Shown: piece by piece, positions 24,800 through 38,900 of the stretch
Numbering within the stretch: position 1 is the stretch's first letter
Layout: every line of letters begins with the position of its first letter
From: Chiloscyllium plagiosum
Taxonomy: Eukaryota
NCBI RefSeq assembly: GCF_004010195.1
Contig: NC_057718.1
Location: 14,652,276-14,716,275, forward strand
Direction of reading: 5' to 3'
DNA: 64,000 nt
Program-made: the position numbers and the translations under genes
Notes under the pieces: model-generated
What the model saw: only the letters and a program-made list of their open reading frames with translations
Told to the model about the DNA's origin: nothing
Databases searched by the model: none

Positions 24800-25470
24800 T
24801 TTAAAATGTATTTGCAGGATGTGGGTATCACTTGTTAGACCAGCATTTATTGCCCATCCCTAATTGCACTGGAGAGCTGTCTTCTTAAACTATTGCCGTG
24901 GGTGGCAGTAGGTACACCCTCAGTGGGTTTTAAGGAAGAAGTTCTAGGATGTTTACCCAGTGACAGTTAATGAACAGTGATAGTGTTCTAACTCAGCATG
25001 GTTTGTAGCTCAGAGGGGAACTGGCAAGTGGTGATGTTCCGCTAGCCCTTGTTCTTCCAGAGAGTAAATGGCTTGTGCTTGGAGGGTGCTGTTTAAGGAG
25101 CCTTGGAGAGTTGCTGATTGGAAATACTGCTGCCAATGTGCTGCAGTGATAGAGGGAGTGAACGTTTGAAATGGTGGATCAGTTGCTGATCAAACACACT
25201 CCTTGCATTTTGTTGGAGGTACACCGATCCAGGCATGTGAAGAGGATGCCAAACCTCTCCTGACTTCTGCCTTTCAGATGCTAGGCAGCAGGGAGGCAGG
25301 GTGTGAGTTACCCACTGCAGAATTCCGAGCCTCTGACTGCTCTTGTATCCACAATTTTACATGGTGAGTCCAGTTCAGCTTCTGGTCAACAGTAACCCGC
25401 CAGGATATTGATAGTGGAGAATTCAGCTCTGGTAATATCATATTGACATAATGACATGGTTAGATTCTCC
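24800..25470 (-). mobile_element. Decayed L2/CR1-superfamily LINE 3' part
   Basis: Reverse tail cagcatttattgcccatccctaattg; body similar to 23590-23820. Confidence 0.6.
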
Positions 25471-25477
25471 CATGTTT

Positions 25478-25797
25478 ATAGAATCCCTACAGTGTGGAAG
25501 AAGGTCATTCAGCCCATACCACCCTCCAAACAGCACTCCACACTATCCTGGTAACCCTTTACTTCCCATGGAAAATCCACCTAGCCTGCAAATCCCTGGA
25601 CACTATGGGCAATTTAGCATGGCCAATCCACCTAATCGGCACATCTGTGGACTGTGGGAGTGAACCAGAGCACCCAGAAGAAACCCACGCAGAAATGGGG
25701 AGAATGTGCAAACTCCACTCAGCCTGAGGGTGGAATCGAACCAGAGTCCTTGGTGCTGTGAGGCAGCAGTGCTAACCACTGAGCCATTGTGCTGCCT
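25478..25797 (-). mobile_element. HE1-like SINE
   Basis: Head, V-domain and tail recognisable; moderately diverged. Confidence 0.88.
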
Positions 25798-26231
25798 TAT
25801 TGTTGTAGATGATCATTATCTGGCAGCACAAGTATTAATTGTCATTTATCATTAGTGGGATCTTTTTGGCTAGGAGACCGGGAGATCTGCGAGCTCTTCA
25901 GTGGATCCTTCTCAGATCTCTGGAATCAGCAGCTGGTTTACAATGTGCACAGTGGAGTAGGAGCCTCCAGAACTTGCTAGTCAATTTGTACATTAATTAC
26001 CGCATGCTTCGTTAACATGCTTCGTTAACACAATTATTCTTCTAAAATCTTTGGCTGAGTAAACAACTGTTTCCGGTTGCAATTCAACTCTCCCAGCCCA
26101 AACGGCAGCTCACTTCAATCTCCCTGTTACTTTTTAAAGACTTGAATAGATTTGCACATTAATTCCCCATTCACCTTGGCACATAGAATTAGGCCTTATA
26201 TTTAACACTGTAAGCACTCTTCCAATGGCAT

Positions 26232-26392
26232 TATAAGACCATAAGACATAGGAGTGGAAGGAAGGCCATTCGACCCATCGAGTCCACTCCGCCATTCAAT
26301 CATGGCTGATGAGCATTTCAACTCCACTTACCCACACTCTCCCCGTAGACCTTAATTCCTTGCGAGATCAGGAATTTATCAATCTCTGCTTT
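26232..26392 (-). mobile_element. CR1 3' end (different subfamily, taagaccataagacatagg tail)
   Basis: Same type of 3' UTR as at 37645, 45372, 50025 and 63380. Confidence 0.7.
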
Positions 26393-26662
26393 GACTATTA
26401 CTGGTAACACAATGTCCACCAACTTCTTTGAGCAAGAAAGAGAACAACTCAAACTGATGAATTTTATTCTGGACATAAAACAAATTTCTTAATGTCGTTA
26501 ATGTTTTTTGACTCTTTATGCCCTCTCTCAACCCATTTCTCACTTTCTTTAAAATTTCCTTCTTTGTTTTAATTCTATCTTATCTTAATTCTATAATACA
26601 CATCATTCTATAACTCCATGACAGTCACTGACATTAATTTCCCTGTTTCTCCTTTCTTTCAT

Positions 26663-26908
26663 GTGTTGCTGAAGCTTTTCATCTTGCATTGTTCAGGTCA
26701 AATGCTAGAATGCAAAATTTCAAATGGCCACAACAATTTATACCACAGGGGAAAGGGTGCCCAAAGATACCTGCTGCTTTCTCCATAGCAACAACTTGTT
26801 CAAACTGAGTCAATGTGCCAATCAATCAGGCCCCCACTTCCCCTATGGATGATGTGAAATTTGGTACTCTTGTATTTGTCCTAATGAGTGCACGTAAAAA
26901 GCTCCAAG
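26663..26908. mobile_element. Ancient inverted-repeat element with decayed hammerhead-like ends
   Basis: 26669-26724 is the diverged reverse complement of 26853-26906; related motifs at 10021-10060 and 51680-51715. Confidence 0.55.
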
Positions 26909-27126
26909 GTAACAGGCCAGTGCTCACAATAATTTTCCAGGTCAATGCTGCTTTGTTCCCTTCTCAATCTTTACATCTCTTTGATTAAGGTGATAATCTG
27001 CTGGGCCTGTTTTTCGCTAAGATGGCCAGTTGCCCTCACTGCATCATTATCAGGTCATTCTTCCAGGAGTAATTACACATGACCATAAGGGTGCTGCTAT
27101 CAGAATGGCCTGCTCCAATGAAATCT

Positions 27127-27339
27127 AGCTGAAAGGTGTGTTGCTGAAAAAGCGCAGCAGGTCAGGCAGCATCCAAGGAGCAGGAGAATCGACATTTCGG
27201 GCATAAGCCCTTTCCTGAAGAAGGGCTTATGCCCGAAACGTCGATTCTCCTGCTCCTTGGATGCTGCCTGACCTGCTGCACTTTTCCAGCAACACATTTT
27301 TCAGCTCTGATCTCCAGCATCTGCAGTCCTCACTTTCTC
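27127..27339. mobile_element. Palindromic Penelope-like family A insertion with intact hammerhead core
   Basis: Direct repeat ccaatgaaatct at 27115-27126 and 27340-27351; CTGAAGA-a-GGGC-TTAT-GCCC-GAAA-CGTC at 27215-27242. Confidence 0.85.
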
Positions 27340-28019
27340 CCAATGAAATCTGGGTCAATGTTTCAAAGCAAGGACAGTGCTCCTGACAATGCAAATAACT
27401 GCAATTCTGGACACTGCATTTAAGAAAGCCATTAGACCAGGTGTAAAAATTCATAAGATTGACTGCAGGCACAAGGAACCTGAAAGGATTGGAGAAGCTG
27501 GTGCTGAACATGAGATTGAGAAGGGATTTGTTAGAAATATGAGGTATTTTCCTCGTGACTGCTCCTGGCACCATGTTGGGAATTGCCATCTCTACCAGTA
27601 TATAGTACTGGACAAGGGCTGTTTGAGGTGGTTAAACTACCACCAATCTTCCATTGTCTTTGCTATGACTTGAGCCTATCAAGTGAACAATGGTAGAGGA
27701 TACACTACCATATAATATCTACAGAAGGATCTTTGTTATCAAAGAAGGTTCATTGCATCATTGCATTAGGTAAACTAAGTTTAGTTTGGTCAGGCTTCAT
27801 TAAAGATCTAGCACAGATACTGCTGCTCTCTCCAAAAGCTAATGAGGAGCTTCTTGCTTCCAGACTATGTGTGACATCAGCGGAATGGGTGATGCCAAAC
27901 TAAATGACCATTAAGCTCTTCAGAACTATTTATACAGCAAGGTGTTCAAAATCATGAGGAACCTGGACAGAATAGATCTCACTGGTGGAAGGATCAGGAA
28001 AATTAGAACACTTATTTAC

Positions 28020-28830
28020 GGTGATCACCTCTTGTTCTTTTAAACTCCAGTGAGTACAGTCACAACCAGTTTAACCTTTTCTCATAAGACAATCCCTCCA
28101 TAGCAGGGATCATCCTAGTGTGTCTTCTCTGATCTGCCTCCAATCTTTCCTTAAATCAGGGACAAAGCTGCTCACTGTACTCCAGATGTGGTCTGAACCA
28201 GCAACTCGTACAGTTGCAGTAAGACTGCCCTACTCTTATACTCCAACCTCCTTGAAATAAGGACCAATATTCTGTTAGGGTTCTTGATTACCTGCTGCAA
28301 CTGTATGTTAGCTTTCTGTGTTTTGTGCACAAGTCCCCTCACGTCCCTTTGTGTTGCAGCTTTCTGCAGCTGTTCTTCACTTTCAAAATATTATTTGTCC
28401 ATCCTCCCTTCCAAAATAAACAACTTCACATTTTCCAACTGTATATTCCACTTGCCAACGTTTGTCCATTTACTTAACCTATCAATATCTCTGTAAACTC
28501 TTTGCAGCCTACTCAGAACCTGCCCTTTCACCTAGTTTTATGTCATCTGCAAACTTTGCTACAGTACATTCACTTCGTTCATCCAAGTCATTAATATTTA
28601 TTGTAAACAGTAGCAGTCCCAGCACAGATCCCACTGGAACCTCACTGATCACAGGTTTCCAACCTGAAAAAGAATGCCTTATCTCCACATGGCGTTTCCT
28701 GTATTAGCAATTGTCTATCCATGTCAATATACTACCCACAACACTGTGGGCTCTTATCTTATGACTTAATCAGTTGTGAGGTACCTTGCTGAATGCCCAC
28801 TGGAAGTCCAATTATAACATACCTACTGGT
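28020..28830 (-). mobile_element. Decayed CR1 RT region
   Basis: Reverse complement of the KFADD and GSVLGLLLF regions (tgtcatctgcaaacttt; agtcccagcacagatccc). Confidence 0.8.
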
Positions 28831-28984
28831 TCTCCACAGGAACAGAGGGCACATGATGGAGCAAAAAAAAAGGTTCTGCCTTTCAATATGATGGTGTCTG
28901 CTCTTGGGCTTCAACTCCAATCCTTATAACCCTTGACTCCCCCAGAGACCTAACTCTATCTATCCAGCCTTAAATGTATTCAGA

Positions 28985-29345
28985 AGAACGTAGAAGTAGA
29001 AGCAAGACTAGGCCATCTGGCCCATCGAGCCTACTGTCCCATGGTTTTCTCCTTGCGGAATCAGCTCCACTTACCGACCAGCTCATCATAGCTCTTAATT
29101 CCTTTACTGTTCAAAACTCAATCTCTTTTTGCCTTAAGAACATTCAGTGAGGTAGCCTCAACTGCTTCACTGAGCAGGGAATTCCACAGATTCACAACGC
29201 GTTGGGTAAAGAAGTTCCTCCTCAACTCGGTCCTAAATCTGCTTTCCTTTATTCTGAGGCTATGCCCCTTCGTTGTAGTTTCACTCACCAGTGGAGACAA
29301 CCTCCCGACTTCTATCTTACCAATTCCTATCATAACTTTGAGTGT
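28985..29345 (-). mobile_element. CR1 3' fragment
   Basis: TKGHSLRIKESRFRTELRRNFFTQRVVNLWNSL. Confidence 0.88.
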
Positions 29346-29512
29346 TTATACTCAACATCAGAGCATCAATAGCTCTCTGGGATAAGACAATTCCAATGAT
29401 TCACAACCACTTGAGTGAAATAATAAGTCCACAATTCAGTCCAAGACAATCAACCTTTCTCCGATGACTATACCTCGTGTTCTAGATTCTTTGAACATCA
29501 CAATGAATGTAG

Positions 29513-29830
29513 ATTAGATTAGATTACTTACAGTGTGGAAACAGGCCCTTCGGCCCAACAAGTCCACACCGACCCGCCGAAGCGCAACCCACCCATACCC
29601 CTACATTTACCCCTTTTAACGTAACACTACGGGCAATTTAGCATGGCCAATTCACCTGACCTGCACATCTTTGGACTGTGGGAGGAAACCGGAGCACCCG
29701 GAGGAAACCCACGCAGACATGGAGAGAATGTGCAAACTCCACACAGTCAGTCGCCTGAGTCGGGAATTGGACCCGGGTCTCTGACGCTGTGAGGCAGCAG
29801 TGCTAACCACTGTGCCACCGTGCCGCCCAC
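29513..29830 (-). mobile_element. HE1-like SINE, full length and young, with target-site duplication
   Basis: CpG-rich, (agatt)n tail; aatgtag repeated at 29506-29512 and 29832-29838. Confidence 0.95.
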
Positions 29831-30594
29831 AAATGTAGGAAAATACTGAGGGATGGGATTACATTAAGCAATGGATTCTCAACCATTATTGAGAAAATGA
29901 GTGACTGGCCAGCCATTAACCACACTGTCACACATTGCTGCAGTAATGTGGGAAATGAGCACTCTAAAAAATTAAATGGGCTGCAGATAGAGTCCAAATA
30001 CAGCACCAGACTATTTCTGATGGTGCTTGCCTGTAGTGAAATAAAAGATGAATGAAAGAATGATAGGGCGCCTGGGAGCATCACATAGGCTGTAGAAAGG
30101 GAAAATAAATTCTTCCCCACAGAGATAAAAATATAATCCATCTGTTTCTAAGTTCCTCCCTCCCTCCTCCACCAATCCCTGCAGGATGGCCATCAGTTAG
30201 CCCTGAAAATCATCCTAAAACAATATCACACTGCTGTTCATGGAAGATTGCTGTGTGGGTGTTGGTTACCTTGTTTTCTACATGACCACAGTCATACACT
30301 GAAAAAAATACTTCGTTCACTGTACAGCAAGAGCATGGAATTAAATGAACAACTAATTTGGAGAACTAGTGGTGACACAATAGAACTCATGGCCTCATTT
30401 TAATGCAATAATTCTATGATCCTGTAACATGCTTTGGGACTTCTGGAGGTTGTGTAAGGCACTACATAAATGTAAGATGCTCATTCAGTCCAATGATTCC
30501 TTTTCTTTCAGTTTACAGAGATGAGCTAAGGCTTGATAAGACAAGGAGGGACCTCACTGGTTGGTGTGAGGATGAAGCAGTTGTTGAATGAAGA

Positions 30595-31213
30595 ATAGTG
30601 GAGCATGCAGGATTGGGAAGTCATGTTGAGGTTGTACAGGATGTTGCTGAGTCCTCTTCAGGAGTATTGTGTCCAGTTCTGGTTGTCCTATTACATGAAG
30701 GATATTATTAAGCTGGAGAAGGTTCTGGAGAGATTTACCAGGATGTTAGCTGGGTATGGAAGGTTTGAGTTAGATTGAAAGATTGAAAGGCTGGATAGAT
30801 TGGGACTTTTTTTTCTGGAGTGTAGGAGGTTGAGTGGTGACCTTATAGAAGTTTATAAAATAATGAGAGGTACAGATAGGTTTAATGATAATTGTCTTTT
30901 CTCTAGGGTGGGGGAATTTCATGACGAAGGGGCACATTTTAAGGTGAGAGGAGAGAGATTTTAAAAAGTCATGAGTGGCAAACCTTTTACATAGAGGGTG
31001 GTTTGCGTATGGAATGAACATTCTGAGGGAGTGGTGGATGTGGGTACAATTACAATGATTAAAAGACAGTTGGATAAGTACGGAAATAAAAAAGGTTTGG
31101 AGGGATATGGGCCAGGAGCAGGTAGGTTGGACTAGTTTAGTTTAGGATTATGATTGGCATGGACTGGTTGGACCGAAGGATCTGTTTCCGTGCTTTATGA
31201 CTCTATGACTCTA
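30595..31213 (+). mobile_element. CR1/HER1-like LINE 3' fragment
   Basis: Colinear with the other CR1 3' ends; tail tatgactctatgactcta. Confidence 0.9.
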
Positions 31214-32393
31214 CGTTGGGCTTGACACTCATTTGTGTTTAGAAGAACAAGAGGTGATCTTATTGAAACATATATTGACAGGGAAAATGCTGATAGGATG
31301 TCTCCCCTCGCGGGAGAATCTAAAGCAGTCGGCGGGGGGGAGGGGAGCACAGTTTCAGAATAAAGGGCCTCTCGCTCAAAACAGAAATGAGGAAGAATTT
31401 CTTTCCTTACAGAATTGTGAATCTTTGGCGCTCTCTACCATAGGGAACAGGGATCATTCAAGGCTGAGATAAATAGGTGCTTGAACTATAGTGAAATCAG
31501 GGGTTGTGGGCATTAGGCAGGAGAGTGAGGCCAAGTTTAGATCTGTCACGATTTTATTTAATCACAGAGCAGGCTCGAGGGGCCAAATGGCCTATTACTG
31601 CTCCCATCTCCCCTTCCACAGGTTCCCTCCCTTCTAGTTGCCATTTTCAATTTGCCATTGCACAAAGCAACAACTAATTGGTTTGGGATTCCGGCTCCTG
31701 GTGACTATCCTGCAGTCCCTAATGGAAGTCAGGGTGTAAGGACGCTAAGTGAAAACAGCATAAGTCTGAAGTCAGCAATGTGACCACTGACGGTGAATTG
31801 ACTGTCAATGCTCATTACCTTGGTCACTTGCCTGAAGGCAACTGTGAACCTGCAACCCCACAAAAGAAAATCATTGAAGAATAGTAAGCTAAAGCAAAAA
31901 GTTACTGTTGCACCTTCAATTATTAAAAATAAACACTCATGGTTCTTTGAATTCTGTGTGCATAGGAATCTTCATTCCCTATTCTTTCAAAGTCTGATTA
32001 ATTATTACAATCACTTTTGGCAAAATTCCAGGTCCAGTTCCTGGACTTTCCCCTCAGGGATGTTGCAAGACAGTAATTACCAAGTTCGACATTTGAAAAC
32101 CAATTTTTTTTTTTGCTCTATAAATCAGTTATCTTTCTCTTTCAGCCGTGCATTGACTTCGGTCCTAATCAGATCACGTCATATTGTTGCAAAAGTCAAT
32201 TATAACTTCATAATTTAAGAAGTCATTTCCAGAACTGTGAGCATTATCCCACAGGGGAGGCAAAAGGGTTGAATGGGAGCTTTGCACAACTGCGGCATTG
32301 TCAGAGATGTCACTTCTCAGATGAGACATTCACTGGATGTCCCACTGCCCATGCAGGTGAAGTAAAAGACCCTGGGCAATGTTTTGAAGAACG

Positions 32394-32688
32394 CCACTGC
32401 TGCCTCAGAGCGCCAGGGACCTGGGTTTGATTCCAGCCTCGGGCAACTGTCTGTGTGGAGTTTGCACATTCTCCCCGTGTCTGCGTGGGTTTCCTCCCAC
32501 AATCCAAAGATGCGCAGGTTAGGTGAAATGGCCGTGCTAAATTGCCTATAGTGTTCAGGGATATGTAGGTTGGGTGCATTAGTCAGGGGTAAATGCAGGG
32601 GAATGGGTCTGGGTAGGTTACTCTTCAGAGGGTTGATGTTGACTTGTTGGGCTGAATGGCCTGTTTCCACACTGTGGGGATTCTATTC
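32394..32688 (+). mobile_element. HE1-like SINE nested in an older SINE-like repeat
   Basis: cactgctgcctcagagcgccagggacc...gtgtggagtttgcacattctcccc...tail. Confidence 0.88.
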
Positions 32689-33126
32689 CAGCAGGTAAGT
32701 ACTTCCCCAACCTCAACCATCAAAAGTTGCTAATTTCTTTCATCACTCTTTAAGGAGTCTCACAGATTGGCAGTTTCCAACAGAATGGTGATTATAGTTC
32801 ACAAGATCTTCCATTGGCTTCAAAGTGCAATAGGACATCCTGAGATCTTAATTCTGTCCCTCATATCTAAGTCTCTCTCTGTAATATTGTCCTGGTATAC
32901 TCATTCACTGTGTTGTGGACTAGAGCAAACCTCCTCAAAATATATTAAGGAGACAGTCTGGACCCCAACATTTTCTTACTTTAAAGACAAGTGCCAGGTA
33001 TTGCATTCCACATGCAATTCGATTGGTCAAATTACCAGTCCTGAAGTAAAACATACTTTACTCATACACTATAGCTAAACTACAACAAAAGAAAGAAGAA
33101 ATTGGAATAACAACTCTACTAAAGGT

Positions 33127-33853
33127 CCTAGGGAGTGTTACTGAATGAAGAGACCTTGGAGTGCAGGTTCATAGCTCCTTGAAAGTAGAGTCGCAGGTAG
33201 ATAGGATAGTGAAGAAGGCAGTTGTTATGCTTTTCTTTATTGGTCAGAGTATTGAATACAGGAGTTGGGAGGTCATGTTGCAGCTGTACAGGACATTGGT
33301 TAGGCCACTGTTGGAATAATGCGTACAATTCTGGTCTCCTTCCTATCGGAAAGTTGTGAAACTTGAAAGGGTTCAGAAAAGATTTACAAGGATACTGCCA
33401 AGGTTGTAGGATTTGAGTTATAGGGAGAGGCTGAACAGGCTGGGGCTGTTTTCCCTGGAGCATTGGAAGCTGAGGGGTGGCCTTATAGAGGTTTCTCAAA
33501 TCATGAGGGGCATGGATAGGATAAATAGACAAAGTCTTTTCCCTGGGGTGGGGGAGTCCAGAACTAGACGGCATATGTTTAGGGTGGGAGGGGAAAGATA
33601 TAAAAGAGACCCAAGGGGCAACTTTTTCACGCAGAGGGTGTATGGAATGAGCTGCCAGAGGAAGTGGTGGTGGCTGGTACAATTGCAACGTTTAAAAGGG
33701 ATTTGGACAGGTATATGAATAGGAAGGGTTTGGAGGGATATATGCCGGGTGCTGGCAGGTGGGACTAGATTGGATTGGCATATCTGGTTGGCATGGACGG
33801 GTTGGACTGAAGGGTCTGTTTCCATGCTGTACATCTCTATGCCTCTATGACTA
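33127..33853 (+). mobile_element. CR1/HER1-like LINE 3' fragment
   Basis: SYRERLNRLGLFSLEH...FFTQRV; ctctatg tail. Confidence 0.93.
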
Positions 33854-34185
33854 CTAAACAATAACTGTTGCAATATAGTAATATCCCATAAACACTCCAT
33901 TGGTAAAAGGCAAGTTCAGTAAAACAGATAGTCTCACAGGCAATTCTCCAGTCAGAGAAGAAAAACATCAAGAGAAAACTCTGAGAGACAGAGTAGCAGG
34001 GAGAGATGTACTGCAGCTTCCAAACCCAGCTTCAAATTCCAGCAACTGCTTCTGAAAAACTAAAACTAAAAATCCTGGCTCTGAGAGAGCTTGACCCCAC
34101 CCATTCAGGCTGCTTCTATTGTTTCAACTTTTCAAAAAAGCCACCCAAGCTTTTATTTTATTGGAGCAGACCACCCAGCACCTTT

Positions 34186-34412
34186 TGATTAGATTCCCTA
34201 TAGTGTGGAAACTGGCCATTTGGCCCAACAAGTCCACACTGACCCACTTCCCTCTGAGTAATGCACCGAACACTATGGGCAATCCACCTGATCTGCATAT
34301 CGTTGGACTGTGGGAGAAAACCCACGCAGACACGGGGGGGAATGTGCAAACTCCAGACATTCACCTGAGGCTGTGAGACAGCAGTGCTACCCTCTGAGCC
34401 ACCATGCCACCC
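34186..34412 (-). mobile_element. HE1-like SINE with internal deletions
   Basis: Tail, partial V-domain and head present. Confidence 0.75.
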
Positions 34413-34559
34413 TCTGTAACAACCTTTCTTCATAAAGAAAGCCAGGACAAAGTTCAACTTTTAAAACCATAGTATCGTCACAACTGATCCTTCCTTCTCT
34501 GCTGAACTTGCATTCCTTTCATTTAAGTTGGCAGGAAAGATCAAAATCTAGACCATTAG

Positions 34560-35280
34560 TTAAATGGAAAAAGACACCAATAAAATGCAGCACATCTTGA
34601 GCTTGAAACACAAGAAGTTAGCAGGCAGGTACAGCAAGTAATTAAGAAGGCAAATTGAATTTTTTTGCCTTTTTTGCTAGGGAGTTGGAGTTTAAGATAC
34701 AACTGTACAGTGTGTGGGTGAGCCCACATCTGCAGGTCTGCATGGAGTTTCGGTCCCCATAGCAAAGAAAGGATAGACTGGCACTGGAGACAATTCAAAA
34801 GAGATTCACCAGACTGATTCCTAGAATGAAGGGGTCAACTTATCAAGTATAGCTAAACAGGTTACGTGTTTGTTCATTCAGGTCTAGAAAAATGAGGGCT
34901 GATCTAATTGAAACATGCAAGATTCTGAAGGGGCTTGACAGGGTGGACGTTGAGAAAATGTTTCCACAAGTGGATAAATCTTGAACCAGGAGGCATGGTT
35001 ACAGAACAAGAGGACACTCATTTAAAAATGAAATGCAAAGGAATTTTTTTGCCTAGAGGGTAGTGGATGGCTGGAATTCTCTATCCCAGAGAGATCACTA
35101 AAAGAATTTAAACGGGAGTTTGATAGATCTTTTGAAACATTGGAGAATCGAGGGTTATGAGAAGCTGGCTTGAAAGAGGAACTGGGGCCTGAGGCAGATC
35201 AACTGTGATCCTGTTGAATGGCATGGGAAGCTTCAGGAACCAAATGGCCTACATTTTCTCTTGTGTTGTTATGTTCTGAA
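34560..35280 (+). mobile_element. Decayed CR1 3' fragment
   Basis: agagattcaccagactgattcc...gatctaattgaaaca...ggaattctcta blocks. Confidence 0.75.
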
Positions 35281-35645
35281 AATGTTGGAGCCCTTTGTAA
35301 GATTGAGGTACGCAGGAACTGCTCCAAGAGCTGACCGAAAGGGGCACTTGCAAGCAAAGCTCCATGGCTTTCCCAGTAGCCTTCAGCCAAAGTGGATTAA
35401 CGACCCATTCCCTGAATGGCATTTTATTCATTTTTGTTTTCATTGTAGGAGAGCCTGCAGCCACCTAACTTTCTTGCTCTTATGTTTAAAATGTCTGATG
35501 AGAGCAATTGAAAGAAATCTATCAGGTAGCCACTTTGTAGGTCTCTTTTTATAGACCTACAGGAGGCAGCAGTGAGCTGCCTTCTTGAACGTTTCCAATC
35601 TGTGGAATGTCAGGAGACCCACAGTGCTGTTAGGAAAGGAACTCT

Positions 35646-35980
35646 GTGGGTGGCATGGTGGCTCAGTGGTTAGCACTGCTGCCTCACAGCGCCAGGGACT
35701 TGTGTTCAATTCCACCCTCGAGCAACTGTCTATATGAAGTTTGCACATTGTTCCTGTCTCTGCGTGGGTTTCCTCTGGGTGCTCCAGTTTCCTCCCATAG
35801 TCCAAAGATGTGCAGGTTAGGTGGATTGGCTATGCTAAATTGCCCCATTGTGGCTAGGTGGGTTAGCCATGGGAAATGCAGGGTTACAGGGATAGTTTAG
35901 CAAGGTGGGTCTGGGCGGGATGCTCTTCAGAGGGTCAGTGTGGTCTCTATTGGGCTGAATGGCCTGCTTCTCTAGGGAAT
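35646..35980 (+). mobile_element. HE1-like SINE inserted in an older LINE tail
   Basis: gtggctcagtggttagcactgctgcctcacagcgccaggg head; host sequence resumes at about 35981. Confidence 0.9.
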
Positions 35981-38900
35981 TTTACCCAGTGACAGTGAAG
36001 GAATATTGTTCCAAGTCAGGACAGTGTGTGATGTAACTCTATCTACTGCATGCTGGTTATGTCGTTTGGCAAGCAAATAGACCTGTTTTGGAGCTTCACC
36101 GAGGGTCACCTCATTCTTTGATATGCCTGGTGCTGTCATCGGCATGCCCACCTGCAGTCTTCATTGAACCAGGATTAGTCTCCTGTCATGTTTGCAATGG
36201 TACAGTGAGGGATATCCCAGGCTAGGAATATGTATAATGTGACTGAATGTAATTCTGCTGCAAATGGCCCACAGCACCTCATGGATGCCCAGTCTTGAGT
36301 TGCTAGATGTGTTTGAAGTCTGTCCCATTTAGCACAGTGATAGCATCACACATTACAATGGAAGGGATCCTCAATGTGGTGACAGGACTTCAGCTTCACC
36401 ATGTCTGTGAGGTCATCATCTGACTGAAATAAGAATAGAAATTGCTCTCTTCTGCAGAAGAGTCACTGGACTCAAAACATAACTCTGCTTTCTCTCCACA
36501 GATGCTGCATGTTGAGTTTCTGCAGTAATTTCTGTTTTCATTTCATATTTCCAGCATCTGCAATTCTTTATTTTATTTTCAGCATCCTACTGATCCTGTC
36601 CTGACTGGAACTGGTCAGGGTGAGGTCATGTGGATTCAGGAATTGATGAGCAACTCCTTCTGAACAAAGGGAATTTTCATTCTTGTTGGAAAAACAACAC
36701 AGGACCATGTACACAAAAGTGTGCCACAATTGATTCATAATTGTATTGACAACAAATGACTTTAGCAGTTTGAAATGGCCGGAAAACTTCTTGCAATCCA
36801 CCCAGCATTAAACTCATATTGATGCTGTCAATCATCACCACTGCAATATGTTTAATAAGATAAAGTTGCTTTGAGATAATTGATGGAAAGGAAAGAGAGC
36901 AGATAGCTTGTGTTGCAGAGGGCGTGGGTGATGCTGATTGGCATGTTTCATGATGAGAAAGCACTGTTGGAAGATTCAATTTAGTACAGAATTATTTAAT
37001 TCAGTGGTGCTTCTTCCCTGCTTTTCAGCTCTGAATTCCTTTTGAAAGTGCGAGATAACTTTGCACTCACGTTTCGATTCTTACTCTTGGAGCTGCAGGC
37101 AGCCAAGTGACCTAACGGGACCTGTGCATTTGTGTTTCCCTGTATCCGACCACATTCATTACCTATTTAGTGCCTGAAGCCATGCAACAACTGCCTCAGA
37201 ATGTGTTAATAGACTTATCAGTCCATCAACCAACAGGTGATTGCTCTCAAACACAAAATACTTGACAGCACAAAGAAGTGAAATATGAAGCCACAGTCTA
37301 GTGATGGTCTATTGGATGATAGGCATTTGTGTACTGAGGGAATACAGTCAAAGGCAAGTCCACACTGCAGAAGGGATGAGCATTTTTACAGGCCATAGTC
37401 ATCCCTTCTCACTTTTAAATAAATGGTGCTTTGATTCAGGACAGAAATTATGTTGCTCCAACAACACTGAAGGAGCTGGGACAACGTAACTTACTTGATT
37501 GGCACCTCCACCAGCTCCACCACTGGCAGCAGTAGTTACCATCAGCTGCGGTAAAGTTGGGCAGTGAGCCATCCAAAGCACAAGGTTCTAGATTCACATC
37601 CAAGTCCAGGTTTTAAATGTAAGTATCCCAATTTAAAACCACAGGATGGAGGAGCAAAAGTAGGCCATTCAGCCCATCAAGACTGTTCCGCTATTCAATA
37701 AAATCACGGCTGCTCTGATGATTTTCAACTCCATTTTCCTGCCTTTTCCCCATAATCCTTGATTCCCCTCCTGATTAAAAATCTATGTCATCCTGAAACT
37801 TATTTAATGACCCAGCCCTCTGCAGTAACAAATTCACAGATTCATGACCCTCTGAGAGAAGAAGTTCCTCCTCATCTCTGTCACTAATGGGCGATCTCTT
37901 ATTCTGAGATGATGTCTTCTGGTCCTGGAGTCTCCCATAAGGGGAATGCTGGATCAAAATTGTGGGACACTTTTTCTCTCTCTCTCTTTAACAGCACTGG
38001 GAGTATTCCGACAATCCAAGGGCTGCAGCAGGTCAAGAAGGCAGCTCACCTGCACCTTCTCGAGGGGTAATTAGGGACAGGCAACAAATGGCAGTCCAGC
38101 CAGCAAGGCCCACATCCTACAACGAAGAAAAAAGTGCCTTTCACAGCCCAGGAACATTTCAAAATGCTTTAAGCCAAGTACATGTTCCTACCCAAAGTGT
38201 CACCTCCATTGTAACATAGGAAACACAGCGGCCAATTTGCAAGATCCCAGTATTAGCAACAGAAGAAATGACTAAATATTCTGAGCTTTAGTGATGTGGC
38301 CCTCAGGGATAACTATTGAGTTGCCACCTTTCAGGTAATCTGAGATCCCATCTGACTGTTCACATTGACGACAATAATCCCACAAATATCTTTTGAATCA
38401 TGACAGGAGAAAAATCCTGGTGTCCTCATCAGCATTGATCCCTTTCTAAATTCGATTAATGGATCACTTTCTGTTTGTGGAACCTCACTGTCCAAAAACT
38501 GACAAATACATTTGCCTTTAAACAATAGTAATATTATTGGCTGCTGAGTGCTTTGCGAGGTACTAGTTGCTATGAAAAGATAACTTCTCTGCTTTCAGGG
38601 TTAGACGGCAAAACTGATGTTGAGTTTAGAATGAGAGACTTTCCCTCTGGACAATACCAGGGTACTCCTAATGACTTAAGCTGGGAGTAGGCAGTAACGT
38701 CTAAAGTAATAAATATTACAACAGTACATTTTGAATTAACGAGCTCACTCTCACTCTCCAAAACCTCCAAAATCTCACTGTTCCCCTCCCCACCAAAAAC
38801 AATGACACTATGCTTGTCAGTAATCCGAAATCTCTTCATCTAATACTTCACCAACAGAACAATTTGTTTCTGGACTGATACCAACTATTCATCATTAGTG

